A stretch of DNA of 64,000 nucleotides from Macrostomum hystrix (Eukaryota > Animalia > Platyhelminthes): assembly GCA_950097015.1 (NCBI GenBank), contig CATNEN010000034.1, forward strand, positions 496,001 to 560,000. Direction: 5' to 3'. The position numbers and the translations under genes are program-made. Position 1 is the stretch's first letter. Every line of letters begins with the position of its first letter. A model generated the notes under the pieces. That model was given only the letters and a program-made list of their open reading frames with translations, did no database searches and had not been told where the DNA came from. Below are positions 12,890-25,294 of the stretch, piece by piece.

Positions 12890-13843
12890 TCAATTATGTG
12901 CCTGTAGATAGAAATCTACCGGCCATCAATTATGCGCCTGTAGATCTAAATCTATCGAGCATCAATTATGCGCCTGTAGATCTAAATCTATCGAGCATCA
13001 ATTATGTGCCTGTAGATCTAAATCTATCGAGCATCAATTATGTGCCTGTAGATCTAAATCTATCGACCATCAATTATGTGCCTGTAGATCTAAATCTATC
13101 GACCATCAATTATGTGCCTGTAGATCTAAATCTATCGAGCATCAATTATGCGCCTGTAGATCTAAATCTATCGAGCATCAATTATGTGCCTTTAGATCCA
13201 AATCTATCGAGCATCAATTATGCGCCTGTAGATCTAAATCTATCGACCATCAATTATGCGCCTGTAGATCTAAATCTATCGACCATCAATTATGTGCCTG
13301 TGGATCTAAATCTATCGACCATCAATTACGAGCGTATGTGCCTGTAGATCTAAATCTATCGACCATCAATTATGCGCCTGTAGATCTAAATCTATCGACC
13401 ATCAATTATGCGCCTGTAGATCTAAATCTATCGACCATCAATTATGTGCCTGTAGATCTAAATCTATCGACCATCAATTATGCGCCTGTAGATCTAAATC
13501 TATCGACCATCAATTATGTGCCTGTGGATCTAAATCTATCGACCATCAATTATGTGCCTGTAGATCTAAATCTATCGACCATCAATTATGTGCCTGTGGA
13601 TCTAAATCTATCGACCATCAATTATGCGCCTGTAGATCTAAATCTATCGACCATCAATTATGTGCCTGTAGATAGAAATCTATCGACCATCAATTATGCG
13701 CCTGTAGATCTAAATCTATCGACCATCAATTATGTGCCTGTGGATCTAAATCTATCGACCATCAATTATGTGCCTGTAGATCTAAATCTATCGACCATCA
13801 ATTATGCGCCTGTAGATCTAAATCTATCGAGCATCAATTATGT
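12890..13843. repeat. 36-bp minisatellite, about 26 copies, unrelated to the 2399-5170 unit
   Basis: Unit ATCAATTATGTGCCTGTAGATCTAAATCTATCGACC; one frame-shifting insertion near 13330. Confidence 0.97.
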
Positions 13844-13883
13844 TAGGGTGGGTTATTATGTTAGGCTGTTAGGGTGGGTGTTT

Positions 13884-13950
13884 CAACCTCACCAGTCCAT
13901 GGACTGAACAGTCTGTACACAGCCTTCATAAGCGCTGTGCAATAGCTGCG
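13884..13950 (+). mobile_element. 3' fragment of the CORE-like SINE family
   Basis: GTCCATGGACTGAAC...CAGCCTTCA...AATAGCTGCGGCTG matches the reverse complement of 6755-6830. Confidence 0.55.
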
Positions 13951-14856
13951 GCTGCTACAGTCTGTACAACTGTAAGAACAGTAATATTTTTACCAGAATC
14001 CAAATCTTCATTAATTTCGCATTCCGCATTCCTGGTGAAATAATGTGAAAAAAAAGGTTCAAAAAGACTCTGACGCAACACTGTCCATTTTTCTGTCCTA
14101 CAGAGCGGGCCTTTTGTGAAATAGAAAATGATAGAGCGATAGAATGTGTTTGCCTGCAAAGACGGCAAAGTTGGTCGCTACTGTGCCGCATGTCAGTCAA
14201 AGCCTCATTCCATAACCTGAAGTCGGACTTGTAAGGCAAGCATAAAAATGCCCAGTTTTTAGCTTGAATTGCTTGCTAAAGCAAAAATTCTTGGCAGATA
14301 TCTCCGTCCCTCTAAGAAGGACTTCGTTCAAGATAAGACTTTTTCTTTTTCATATGATCAGACTGAGAGGGGAAGTGGCATTGTGGGCAGTTTCCACCAC
14401 CCCCTTGGGGGCGGAGCCGAGTCTTGAAATGCTTCAACGGTGGGTGTTGCACAGCCCAGGATCTAGGAGTGGAATTCACTTGTAGTAAATAAGACCCTAT
14501 GCTTTGGAGTGATTTTCCCAAGAGGAAGTATCACTGAAAGGCATCCCATAAGGATCTTTGGCTGCTGGAGTTAGAAATGATTATCCAATAGTCACCGGGA
14601 TCCTTCTTCTGTACGGCTTGAGTGGACTAAATTCCTAATAAATGTCAATTCCTTCTGAAACTACGGTTCCAACTGACCTCTAGGACTGACTTGCAACCTT
14701 ATCAGCACTTTATTAGGCGGTAATATGTACTGAAATCTTTGATGCGATCGATTAAAAACAAATATGTATTTTTTCATATTCCGGAAATTTAATTAAAGCC
14801 TATTATGCTTTTAGCTTTCGCTTAGTCTTGTTATAAGCAACTTTCTATTTGAGTCA

Positions 14857-15025
14857 TATCCCATTGAGTCATATCCCATTGAGTCATATCCCATTGAGTC
14901 ATATCCCATTGAGTCATATCCCATTGAGTCATATCCCATTGAGTCATATCCCATTGAGTCATATCCCATTGAGTCATATCCCATTGAGTCATATCCCATT
15001 GAGTCATATCCCATTGAGTCATATT
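14857..15025. repeat. 15-bp minisatellite, about 11 copies
   Basis: Unit TTGAGTCATATCCCA. Confidence 0.95.
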
Positions 15026-15629
15026 CCATCCCATCATTCAGTCGGGCTAAATACGACGCATATTAGTGAATATTAGTGAAGCCCTACTCACTTCAAAAGC
15101 TAGTCAGAATGGCCGGTAATTCAGGAATTAATAATTAGCTGAGAGTACACATGCAGTGTCAGATTTTTTTCACAATATTTCAAAAGATTTACGACCAAAA
15201 TGCCGGATGGAATGATGCTTCCCAAGATCTCGAACAGAAACGGAGATGGGAAAGAGCAACTTCTTTACTTGTCAGAAGCAACCCAGCGCCAGCTGCAGAG
15301 TCCAGTTGCCGACGCACTCGCTGCGGCGTGAATAACGCGGCTAACAAATTTATCCCGCAGCCCCACCCCACCCAGGGCCTGGGGCCCAGCGGCTTAATGA
15401 AGAAGAGAGGCAGGAAGAAGTATGAGCTCAGTCATCTTGTAGCTCATATTGCATTATCTGGGCCGAGTTAGTTTCTGGCCAGGGATTTCGCGCCCTGGAA
15501 ATTAGGTCCCCGTCCGTCCAACTATCCGCTCGCTGACTGGCCACATCCGACCACCTGATCCAGTCTGTCGCACACAATTTGGAACCACATAAAACATACA
15601 CTAGGAAGTCTCTTCCTAAAGGACTCAAA

Positions 15630-15710
15630 TTGTTATAGTGGAGTTGGGAATCGAACCCCCGACCTCCAAGTCGTGTGTCTGACGTTTTAATAATCACTAG
15701 GCTAAAAACC
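15630..15710 (-). mobile_element. tRNA-like SINE head, same head as 6940-7015 but a different body
   Basis: Minus strand TAGCCTAGTGATT...CACGACTTGGAGGTCGGGGGTTCGATTCCCAACTCCACT, then AACAATTTGAGTCCTTT, paralleling the 6.9-kb copy before diverging. Confidence 0.6.
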
Positions 15711-16319
15711 AAAACCAAAAACTAGAAGGAAACATTTACAAAGACATCACACTGAATGCGAAAAACATAGCACATACATTAAGATTACGAACACATGAAA
15801 TATTCATAAAATGAGACATAAAATTTACATGAAACATTTATTAATGAAACACGTTTGTACTCACATCAGCTCATCTTGTCGGCGAAGCAGACATCGGTTT
15901 CTGCAGCATACATTAATTTATGTAGATTAATTTAGAAGACATACAAACGCGGATACTTTGGATTCAGGCAATAATCACCATAGACAAAACGTTTTCTCCA
16001 CGACCATCAAATGTTTTTGGCCAATAAGCGAACCCGAGCGGTTCAATCCTTGCTTTTGGAAGATTACTATCTATAGTCTATGGACAATACCATCAATGAC
16101 AGTCAAAGCAATCAGGATTACAATTTACAAAAAATAAATAATTAGGCCTACTGAGCAACTTAAAAAAATTTCCATTATCCCGCGGGAATAGACAGACATA
16201 CATAAAGGACCTAAAAGTACATTTTAAACGATCTCTTATAGTATGTTGTCAATCGTTATGAATTTAACAGCCCCGATATTTTCATATATTTTTGCTGCAA
16301 TTTTGCAGCTATAGTCTAT

Positions 16320-16891
16320 AGCTGGAATCGCAGCAAGACTAGATAACTAGGAACCCTAGCTAGAATCGCAGCAAGGCATGTTAGCTAGGAACCGTTGCTA
16401 GAATCGCAGCAAGGCATTTTACGAGTAGATAGAATCGCAGCAAGGCATTTTACGAGTAGATAGAATCGCAGCAAGGCATTTTACGAGTAGATAAAATCGC
16501 AGCAAGGCATTTTGGATAGAATCGCAGCAAGGCATTTAAGCTAGAATCGCAGCAAGGCATTTAAGCTAGAATCGCAGCAAGGCATTTTAGATAGAATCGC
16601 AGCAAGGCATTTTAGTTAGAATCGCAGCAAGGCATTTAAGCTAGAATCGCAGCAAAGCATGTTAGCTAGGAACCGTAGCTAGAATCGCAGCAAGGCATTT
16701 AAGCTAGAATCGCAGCAAGGCATTTAAGCTAGAATCGCAGCAAGGCATGTTAGCTAGGAACCGTAGATAGAATCGCAGCAATGCATTTAAGCTAGAATCG
16801 CAGCAAGGCATTTAAGCTAGAATCGCAGCAAGGCATTTTAGCTAGAATCGCAGCAAGGCATGTTAGCTAGGAACCGTAGCTAGAATTGCAG
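16320..16891. repeat. Compound minisatellite with constant core TAGAATCGCAGCAAGGCAT and a few recurring linkers
   Basis: About 20 cores; linkers TTAAGC, TTTACGAGTAGA and GTTAGCTAGGAACCGTAGC recur. Confidence 0.9.
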
Positions 16892-17619
16892 AAAAATCGG
16901 CAAGTTGGAGCAGAAGCTAGGGCTGTATTCACTGCTTGTTCGGGACTGTTTAGTCTATGGTCAAAGCCTCTATTTCAGCCAATTAACTCTCCCTGATAAG
17001 TATAATTGAATTCCAACAAGAAGCATTTGACATTTTCCATAGATTCATATTCCTATTTCTCATATTCCTCTTCGCTTTCCCATTAGGCCACCAATAAACT
17101 GGTTTGGCGAGAGTCACTTGAGTTCCGCGAGACTGACTCGAGTCCATAATTTATTATGCGACTATGAGCACATTGCTTAAATTAAGCAAGCATTTGGCGC
17201 CGGTGAGCATAACGCAGAGGTCGCTGGTTAGTCGGGTTTTGATAAACATGCAAGATTTCTCTCTAAACTATATTCAATTGTTTTATGCTAATACGATAGT
17301 TTAAGACTTCAAATCCCGGTCGTCGATTTGAATCCCTCGGAGAGAAATCCCACACGCCAAGCACCGTCAACCCCAGCTGTTTGCGTGTCAAACCTCACTG
17401 GGAGGTAGCTAATTATGCAGCAATGAGACACGCGCCGTGGGAGTTTATTATTATTATTGCTTCTGTTTGGCACTAGTGAGACAAAAATGCGTGCATGCAT
17501 GCGATTTCCGAAACTTTCCAGACTCCATGCTGGGCCTAAATGAGCTGTGTGAACTGATTGGGACATAGAAGGGCTGAATTAATTCCTGTGGGAGGGAATT
17601 AGCAGGTGGAAGAACATTA

Positions 17620-18412
17620 TTGGTAGATAGAGGAATGGGGGATAGAGGATTGGTAGATAGAGGACTGGTAGATAGAGGACTGGTAGATAGAGGATTGGTA
17701 GATAGAGGACTGGTAGATAGAGGATTGGTAGATAGAGGATTGGTAGATAGATGATCGGTAGATAGAGGATTGGTAGATAGAGGAATGGTAGATAGAGGAC
17801 TGGTAGATAGAGAAATGGGGGATAGAGGATTGGTAGATAGAGGATTGGTAGATAGAGGATTGGTAGATAGAGGACTGGTAGATAGAGGATTGGTAGATAG
17901 AGAATTGGTAGATAGAGGACTGGTAGATAGAGGAATGGTAGATAGAGGATTGGTAGATAGAGGAATGGTAGATCGAGGATTGGTAGATAGAGGATTGGTA
18001 GATAGAGGACTGGTAGATAGAGGAATGGTAGATAGAGGATTGGTAGATAGAGGAATGGTAGATAGATGATCGGTAGATAGAGGATTGGTAGATAGAGGAA
18101 TGGTAGATAGATGATCGGTAGATAGAGGACTGGTAGATAGAGGATTGGTAGATAGAGGATTGGTAGATAGAGGACTGGTAGATAGAGGATTGGAAGATGG
18201 ATGATTGGTAGGTAGATAGAGGATTGCTAGATAGAGGACTGGTAGATAGAGGATTGGAAGATGGATGATTGGTAGATAGAGGATTGCTAGATAAAGGACT
18301 GGTAGATAGAGGATTGGAAGATGGATGATTGGTAGATAGAGGATTGCTAGATAGAGGATTGCTAGATAGAGGACTGGTAGATAGAGGACTGGTAGATAGA
18401 GGATTGGAAGAT
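17620..18412. repeat. 15-bp purine-rich minisatellite
   Basis: Unit GGTAGATAGAGGA(T/C)T. Confidence 0.95.
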
Positions 18413-19374
18413 GGAATAATGACCAGCTCTGCTGATCATGAGCAAGCTGCGCATTGAATTGGGATATAAAGGACACCAGACACAGTAATAAATCGTTGGA
18501 GAAATCCCGACATCCCTCGACGTACTATCAATGTCACGCGATTGCTCAATAAAAATGTTCCGTCTACTCATAGCCCAGTATGAGCACGGGACTATTAAAA
18601 GTGCTCCGGCACTTAATTACACCAACACTGCCAGGCGTGACACTTGAGCACAACTGAGCACAACTGCTACGACTCCTAGAGAGGGACTCCGCGCTATTCG
18701 CTGGAATGCGGCTGGGGAGAAAATATTGTCAGGGCTGAAACTGACTCTGTGAGATCCTTTTCCTGGAATCCGCCAGGAAGACGGGATCTGGACCCGGTCA
18801 TGCGTGGCGGAAGGGGAAGCAAAGAACTCAACTGATGGGGAGCCGGGAGCCGGGAAGCGACTTCTCGGCTAAGGGAGAAAATTGGCGCTGCGGCCAGAGA
18901 GGAGCTGAAACGAATCAGGGGGGAGTGGGAAAGTCTTGTGCCCCGATGCGGCCTGGGGAGAAGGAAGCGGATGCTGAGAGAGCCCAATTTCGAACTCTTC
19001 TTTTGGCAAAGCAAACAGATTTCTTCTATCTTCTAGTCTCATTCCGAGTAAGGTGGAATTCTGCCTCCCATCCTCATCTTCATTTCTAGTTCTGCGGAGC
19101 GCGCACTCGAAATTGCAATCAGGGCCGGCTCGCACTGGCCCCCCCTCCCTTGTCAACAAAAGAAGTTGGCGAAACCTCCTCCTTCTTCTCCTTATGCCGT
19201 CTCCCGCATCCCGCATCCAGAAGGCTCGCTTCATCAGCGAGAGGGAGCTGCAGTGGCCTCTCATTCGGCTTTCAACTGCTCATATTGCAACTGTAAACAC
19301 TTCCACTCAGTATCCATCCTTTGCTGGATGGACGCATGACAAAATACTTCCCCTAGAAGAATGGAACACGCCTT

Positions 19375-19740
19375 TTACAGTAGTTACGAGTGACTACGAG
19401 AAATTACGAGTGTTTACGTGTATCTACGAGTGGTTACTAGCATTTACGAGTAGTTACGATTATTTACTAGTGGTTACGAGTATTTACTAGTGGTTACGAG
19501 TATTTACAAATGGTTGCGAGTTTGAGTCAATTCAAACGCGCAGTGACTAAATTTACAAGTGAATAAAAGTATTTAAGAGTATTTACGAGTGGTTACGAGT
19601 ATTTACGAGTGGTTACGAGTATTTACGAGTGGTTACTAGTATTTGCGAGTGGTTACGAGTATCTACGAGTGATTACTAGTATTTACGAGTGGTTACGAGT
19701 ATTTGCGAGTGGTTACGAGTATTTGCGAGTGGTTACGGTG
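19375..19740. repeat. 20-bp minisatellite (dimer of 10-bp subunits) in two blocks
   Basis: Unit ACGAGTGGTT-ACGAGTATTT. Confidence 0.85.
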
Positions 19741-20859
19741 ATATACAAGTAGCTACATGCAGTTACAAGTTACAAGACTTGAAGATGTCATGATGTCACT
19801 GTATTGTTTGGTGGTGATTGCTGGTAACTGATATCTTATTAAACAAAAATAGCCTATTTCAGGTCGAGAACTCGAATTTCTGACTGCTGAAAGACAAGAC
19901 GAAACAGAAATCAATTTTCTCGAAGACATTCCAAGACTTTGTGGGATCAAGTTTTCGAGTTATTGCTTACTTGTTCAACTGACTGTGCGACAGGATGACA
20001 AAAGTTGGGGATCGTGTTGACACCTCTCAAATCCCGTTATTAATATTTTTGGTCCCAGCTGTGTTTGACAGACTGGGCAAATTGTCCTGCGGAACAAGGA
20101 TGAACGATTCCAGGAAATGAATATTATCGATTTCGTTCCAATCGAATTTTCAAAGAGAATATCCAAGTTCAGAAATTATCGATTTTGCGTCTTGCTCTAG
20201 GATTTTTAAGAGCCAATGAAAAGTGCAGTGCGAATTGAGCGAAACAATTTTATGAAACCAGAGTTTTTTAATTCTTTAATTATTGAGAAGTCGGATAGTT
20301 AGATTTTTGAGAATCCCTATTTATCTGGGGCAACTCCCAAATGTACTTTTCTGACTCGGTCGCAGACAATGACATTTCTCGGACTGATTGACGAATTCAA
20401 TGAAGCATTAAGGGAAAACGGCCTCTTCAAAATGAACTCAGTTCAATTTTAATTCCCCTTCAACTGGCCATTCGATCCCAAGCGGTAATGATTCCACCCG
20501 CCACATCAAAAACTTTCACCGAAGGATCAATTGTGGGGATTTATTCTATTGACTTTATCTATATGAAATCCTCTTATTTGACAGCCATTCGATGGAGGGT
20601 CGGCTCAAAGACCTTTCATTCGTCAAATACTAAAATGTATATATTTTTTGCATCAGCAATGTAAGAATTACTAAGTTTTCTTTTTAGAGTATTTTTTATT
20701 TGCAACTAGTATGTGGAGTTCTCTTGTCTTTAAAAACACACATCTTTCTTTGCCCATCTCTCTCTCTTCTCCTTCTCTCCCAAATTATCTACCAATCTCC
20801 CATCTCCCTCTTTTCCCTCTCTTTGTCAATTGATAGCTCGTACTTATCCATTCTCATTT

Positions 20860-21005
20860 CCTATCTCCTCTCTGCTCTCTCCTCTCTGCTCTCTGCTCTC
20901 TCCTCTCTGCTCTCTGCTCTCTGCTCTCTGCTCTCTGCTCTCTGCTCTCTCCTCTATGCTCTCTGCTCTCTCCTCTCTGCTCTCTCCTCTATGCTCTCTC
21001 CTCTC
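20860..21005. repeat. CT-rich (CTCTGCT)n simple repeat
   Basis: Seen directly in the sequence. Confidence 0.9.
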
Positions 21006-21639
21006 TCCGCCTTTAGCCACTGACACCCCATAGCCACGCACGATTCACACTCTCGCAGCGCAAGAAAGTAAACTCAGAATAATTTTTTCTTGCAGTCAGT
21101 GATCTAGGTCTGTGATTTGCTAGGCAAACATAAATTTTCAGAGCTATTTAAAGGCAGTTTCGTCCGGAACAGGTGCAAACCTGTCGACCAGACAGAAAGC
21201 ATAGCAAGAAAGCATTGCAATTTGCTAGAAACTGCGTCAACACTAACAAGATGCGAAGGATAATTTCGTGTGCCTGAAAGAAGGTGGAACATAGAAGACA
21301 AAGGGGGAGAGTGCTCAAATTGGGAAAATCGGAAAAGTACAAAATTGAGCAGCATTGAAAGAGAAAAATGGACAAGGAAGTAGAGAAGTTGATAAGCGGA
21401 TATAGGGTATGGAGAAGGGAAATTATACAGAGAGAAACTGGGGTACAGGATAGAATGGACCTAGACATGGGATATTGATGTGGGAGAAATGAGAAAACAT
21501 TGAAGAGGATGCAACTAGAAGAAGAGAATGGGATAAAACGGGAGAGAATAAGATAAAATGAAAGAATTCGGATAAAATAGTAGAATCGGATTAAAAGTGA
21601 GATTGGAACAATATTTGTAAATGTGATAAAATATGTGAA

Positions 21640-22200
21640 TGGGATAACTGTGTGAATGGGATAACTGTGTGAATGGGATAACTGTGTGAATGGGATAACT
21701 GTGTGAATGGGATAACTGTGTGAATGGGATAACTGTGTGAATGGGATAACTGTGTGAATGGGATGACTGTGTGAATGGGATGACTGTGTAAATGGGATGA
21801 CTGTGTGAATGGGATGACATGTGTGAATGGGATGACTGTGTGAATGGGATGACATGTGTGAATGGGATGACATGTGTGAATGGGATGACATGTGTGAATG
21901 GGATAATATGTGTGAATGGGATAACTGTGTGAATGGGATAACTGTGTGAATGGGATAACTGTGTGAATGGGATAACTGTGTGAATGGGATAACTGTGTGA
22001 ATGGGATAACTGTGTGAATGGGATAACTGTGTGAATGGGATGACTGTGTGAATGGGATGACTGTGTGAATGGGATGACTGTGTGAATGGGATGACATGTG
22101 TGAATGGGATGACTGTGTGAATGGGATGACATGTGTGAATGGGATGACATGTGTGAATGGGATGACATGTGTGAATGGGATAATATGTATGAATGGGATA
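21640..22200. repeat. 17/18-bp minisatellite
   Basis: Units GTGTGAATGGGATAACT and GTGTGAATGGGATGACAT; internal block duplication. Confidence 0.95.
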
Positions 22201-23164
22201 ACATAGGACAGCATTGAAGGGGACAAGAAAACGAATAATTTCAATTTAAAGGTAAGCAGCTTGGTGGCAACACAGAAAAGCGCGAGCTTCCCTAACAACA
22301 ACATGGCATATCATACGCGGAAATGACAGACAGGTTTGCCCTTGTCTAGCTTTTAGATTTAAAATATGGGAATAGCGCAAAAAGAAGAATAGAAAAACAG
22401 AAGAGAAAAAATATTGTAGCGACGCTTTTCCCAATCTGGTTTATCCCGTTTCTAAATATCGCCATGCGCCTCTTCTACCCAACAGTGCGCAGCTGATTGC
22501 GTAATGTTTTTAGTCAAACATTGCCACTTTCCGTTTTCAAATTAGCGGCCTGAGAATCTGGGAGGCCATTGCTGAATGAGGCTGCGGGATGAAGCCGCAA
22601 AGTGTGTTGCTGCCCGGTCTCCAATCCCAGCTAGTGTCGCCAAAGTGAGGTCCGACCTCCACCCCTCACTGATAGGAATTTCCCAGACAAAATTTGCCCA
22701 AATAGGGGGAGAAATCGACATGCGGGGGAGGACGGTGGCACGATGGGATCTGGGATCTGCGAGTAAGAGCCTGGTGCAGGGAGTAGCATAGCAAATCGAC
22801 TTATTAACTTGCATCTTGCCCGCACACTTGCATTGCAGTGTTGTATCCATGCGGCCTGGACTGTCTGGGCCTCCCACGCAGCCGGTTGCGCAACATAGGA
22901 GGAGATCGGAATGCAATCTGCACGGCATACGAGTGTGCCAAGTGTGAATGAACAGAAACAAAAAATTAGCAGATTATCCGACCTTGACCAGGACAGAATC
23001 GTGCGCCGCCGCTGCTGTTGCTGCCTGATTCCTCACCACTTGGAATGAGAAGGTGTTGTGGCAATGAAAGTGGACAGTGCTAGATTTAAATATTGCATGG
23101 ACAGGACTCAAATTTTAAACTGAAAGATAAAAAGGAGTGACGGAGTAAGAGACATCTTGACACA

Positions 23165-23490
23165 TAGTAGACAGGGTAGACAAAGTAGACAAGGAAGACA
23201 AAGTAGACAAGGTAGACAAATTAGACAAGGTAGACAAAGTAGACAAGGTAGACAAATTAGACAAGGTAGACAAAGTAGACAAGGTAGACAAATTAGACAA
23301 GGTAGACAAATTAGACATGGCTGAAAAAGTAGACAAGTTAGACAAAGTAGAAAGCTACTTGGAATAGATAAAGCAGACAAGGTAGACAAGGTAGACAAGG
23401 TTGACAGAGTAGACAAAGTAGAAGAGTTAGAAAAAGTAGACAATGTAGACAAGGTAGACAAAGCAGACAAAGCAGACAAGGTAGACAGAA
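23165..23490. repeat. 9-bp minisatellite
   Basis: Unit AGACAA(G/A)GT. Confidence 0.9.
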
Positions 23491-24219
23491 AGGCAGGGTA
23501 GAGCCAATAAAAAACGGAGGCACAATAGAAAAGTAGAGGTGACAGGATCATAGCAGCACTCGTAAAGTCCATCAATTTTTTAGTTCTCAAACTTGCCAAC
23601 GATTGTATGTGAGCTCAATAAACTCTGCAGCATTTGGCATTTTGAGTACTAATAGCAGGAGAGGCTCGGGCATATGAAATCAAACAAACAGGCCCTAGTT
23701 GAGTTGCCCAGGGGGAATACCACAATATAGTGCTCAGCTGTGGTAGAAGTGCTCGCACAGACTCACTTCAGCAGCTGGGGATGCTTCCAGTGATGAGGCA
23801 GTTGCCTTGCAGCGGAAATAAAAGCTAGATAATTGCCCCCCCGCCATCCCCCCAAGAGGCCCTTTAAAGGAATGGGAAGTTTATTTTACGGTGAAGTGTG
23901 GATTGGGAGTGCCCGCCGCTGTTGGGCAAATTGTTGGACGAAAACAACTGAAAGGACTTCCGCTAATTAATAATTGCTGCCGATAATCGCTGCCAATTGT
24001 CGTCAATCAGGGCCTGAGTCCTCTGTCTTTTCTCCGAGTACTCAAGAAGAAACGTTTGCTTCCTTATGCGACACTCAATTGGCTGAGATTCGAAAGGACT
24101 GGCCCAATGTCCAGTGGGTTCCAGGGAAAGCAACTCTATTGAGGGAAATCAAAATAGAAAAGGGAGAGTAATTCAGAATTTGGAACTGTACATTTGAGAA
24201 AGGATCTGAGAGATAAGGG

Positions 24220-24568
24220 AAGGGTGGGAGGATGAGGGAGAGGAGAGTGAGGGGATGAGGGAGAGGAGGGTGAGAGGATGAGGGAGAGGAGGGTGAGAGG
24301 ATGAGGGAGAGGAGAGTGAGAGGACGAGAGAGAGGAGGGTGAGAGGATGAGTGAGAGGATGAGGGAGAGGAGAGTGAGATGACTAGGGAGAGGAGAGTGA
24401 GAAGATGAGGCAGAGGAGAGTGAGAGGACTAGGGAGAGGAGAGTGAGAGCATGAGGGAGAGGAGGGTGAGAGGATGAGGCAGAGGAGGGTGAGAGGATGA
24501 GGCAGAGGAGGGTGAGAGGATGAGGCAGAGGAGGGTGAGAGGATGAGGCAGAGGAGGATGAGAGGATG
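24220..24568. repeat. 23-bp GA-rich minisatellite
   Basis: Unit GAGGGAGAGGAGGGTGAGAGGAT. Confidence 0.9.
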
Positions 24569-25294
24569 CAATGCAGTAAAGGTCGCAATGAACGTAGAAT
24601 TCCAAGAAGCAGACAGTCAAGGAAATATTTATAGCAGTGGCACAATGAAAAGTGCACGCAAAGATGAACTTTTCATCCGGATCAGGCAAGGCTCACAGGA
24701 GATGCCTGGGTGAAGACTTATTGTTATTCTTTTGTTTCAATCAAGAAATACTTTTTCCTCTTCAGATTGATGACTTAGCTGTCGCTGCGGCTGCCGCTGC
24801 TGCTGCTGCTTCTGTCTCTTTGCATTACAATTCGCATTGTGTGATTTTATATTTTACAAAAGCTACTTGCTGAGTGATAACTCTAGGTAAAATCTGAGAT
24901 TTTCAAGGGTGAGCAGAGCTACCTGGAGGTTGTTGACACGCGATGAGCAGAGTTTGAGAACAGGGCCGAGAAGCGGAAGAAGCCAGGCATGAAAAGCGTG
25001 TAAAAAACAATTCGTTTTGGAAGGCACGGAAGCAGTTTTCGCATTGGTTTGAATTTCGCATAAATCAAGGTGCGTATTGACATTTTTTGCTCATTTCCTA
25101 ATTAAAAGAGATTACTTGTGTTCCACTGAATATTTAAACTTTTTTGCGCAAAACAGCTGTTTATTTTTCTCACACTGTGGTGCGACTGTGAAGTTTTGCA
25201 GATGTGACTTAATGCTTTAGAGATAAACTGTAAAACATATATATATGCAAGCCATTTGATATTAACTATAAAATAATGATAAGAGTGATGGGAC

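Noticed and set aside
14150-14220. EGF-like CKDGKVGRYC peptide
   Set aside because: The frame is bounded by stops, the Cys pattern is incomplete, and it conflicts with the open frame of the candidate exon.
16320-16891. CRISPR-like look (constant core with variable linkers)
   Set aside because: Linkers are short and reused, there are no cas genes, and the context is eukaryotic; this is a compound minisatellite.
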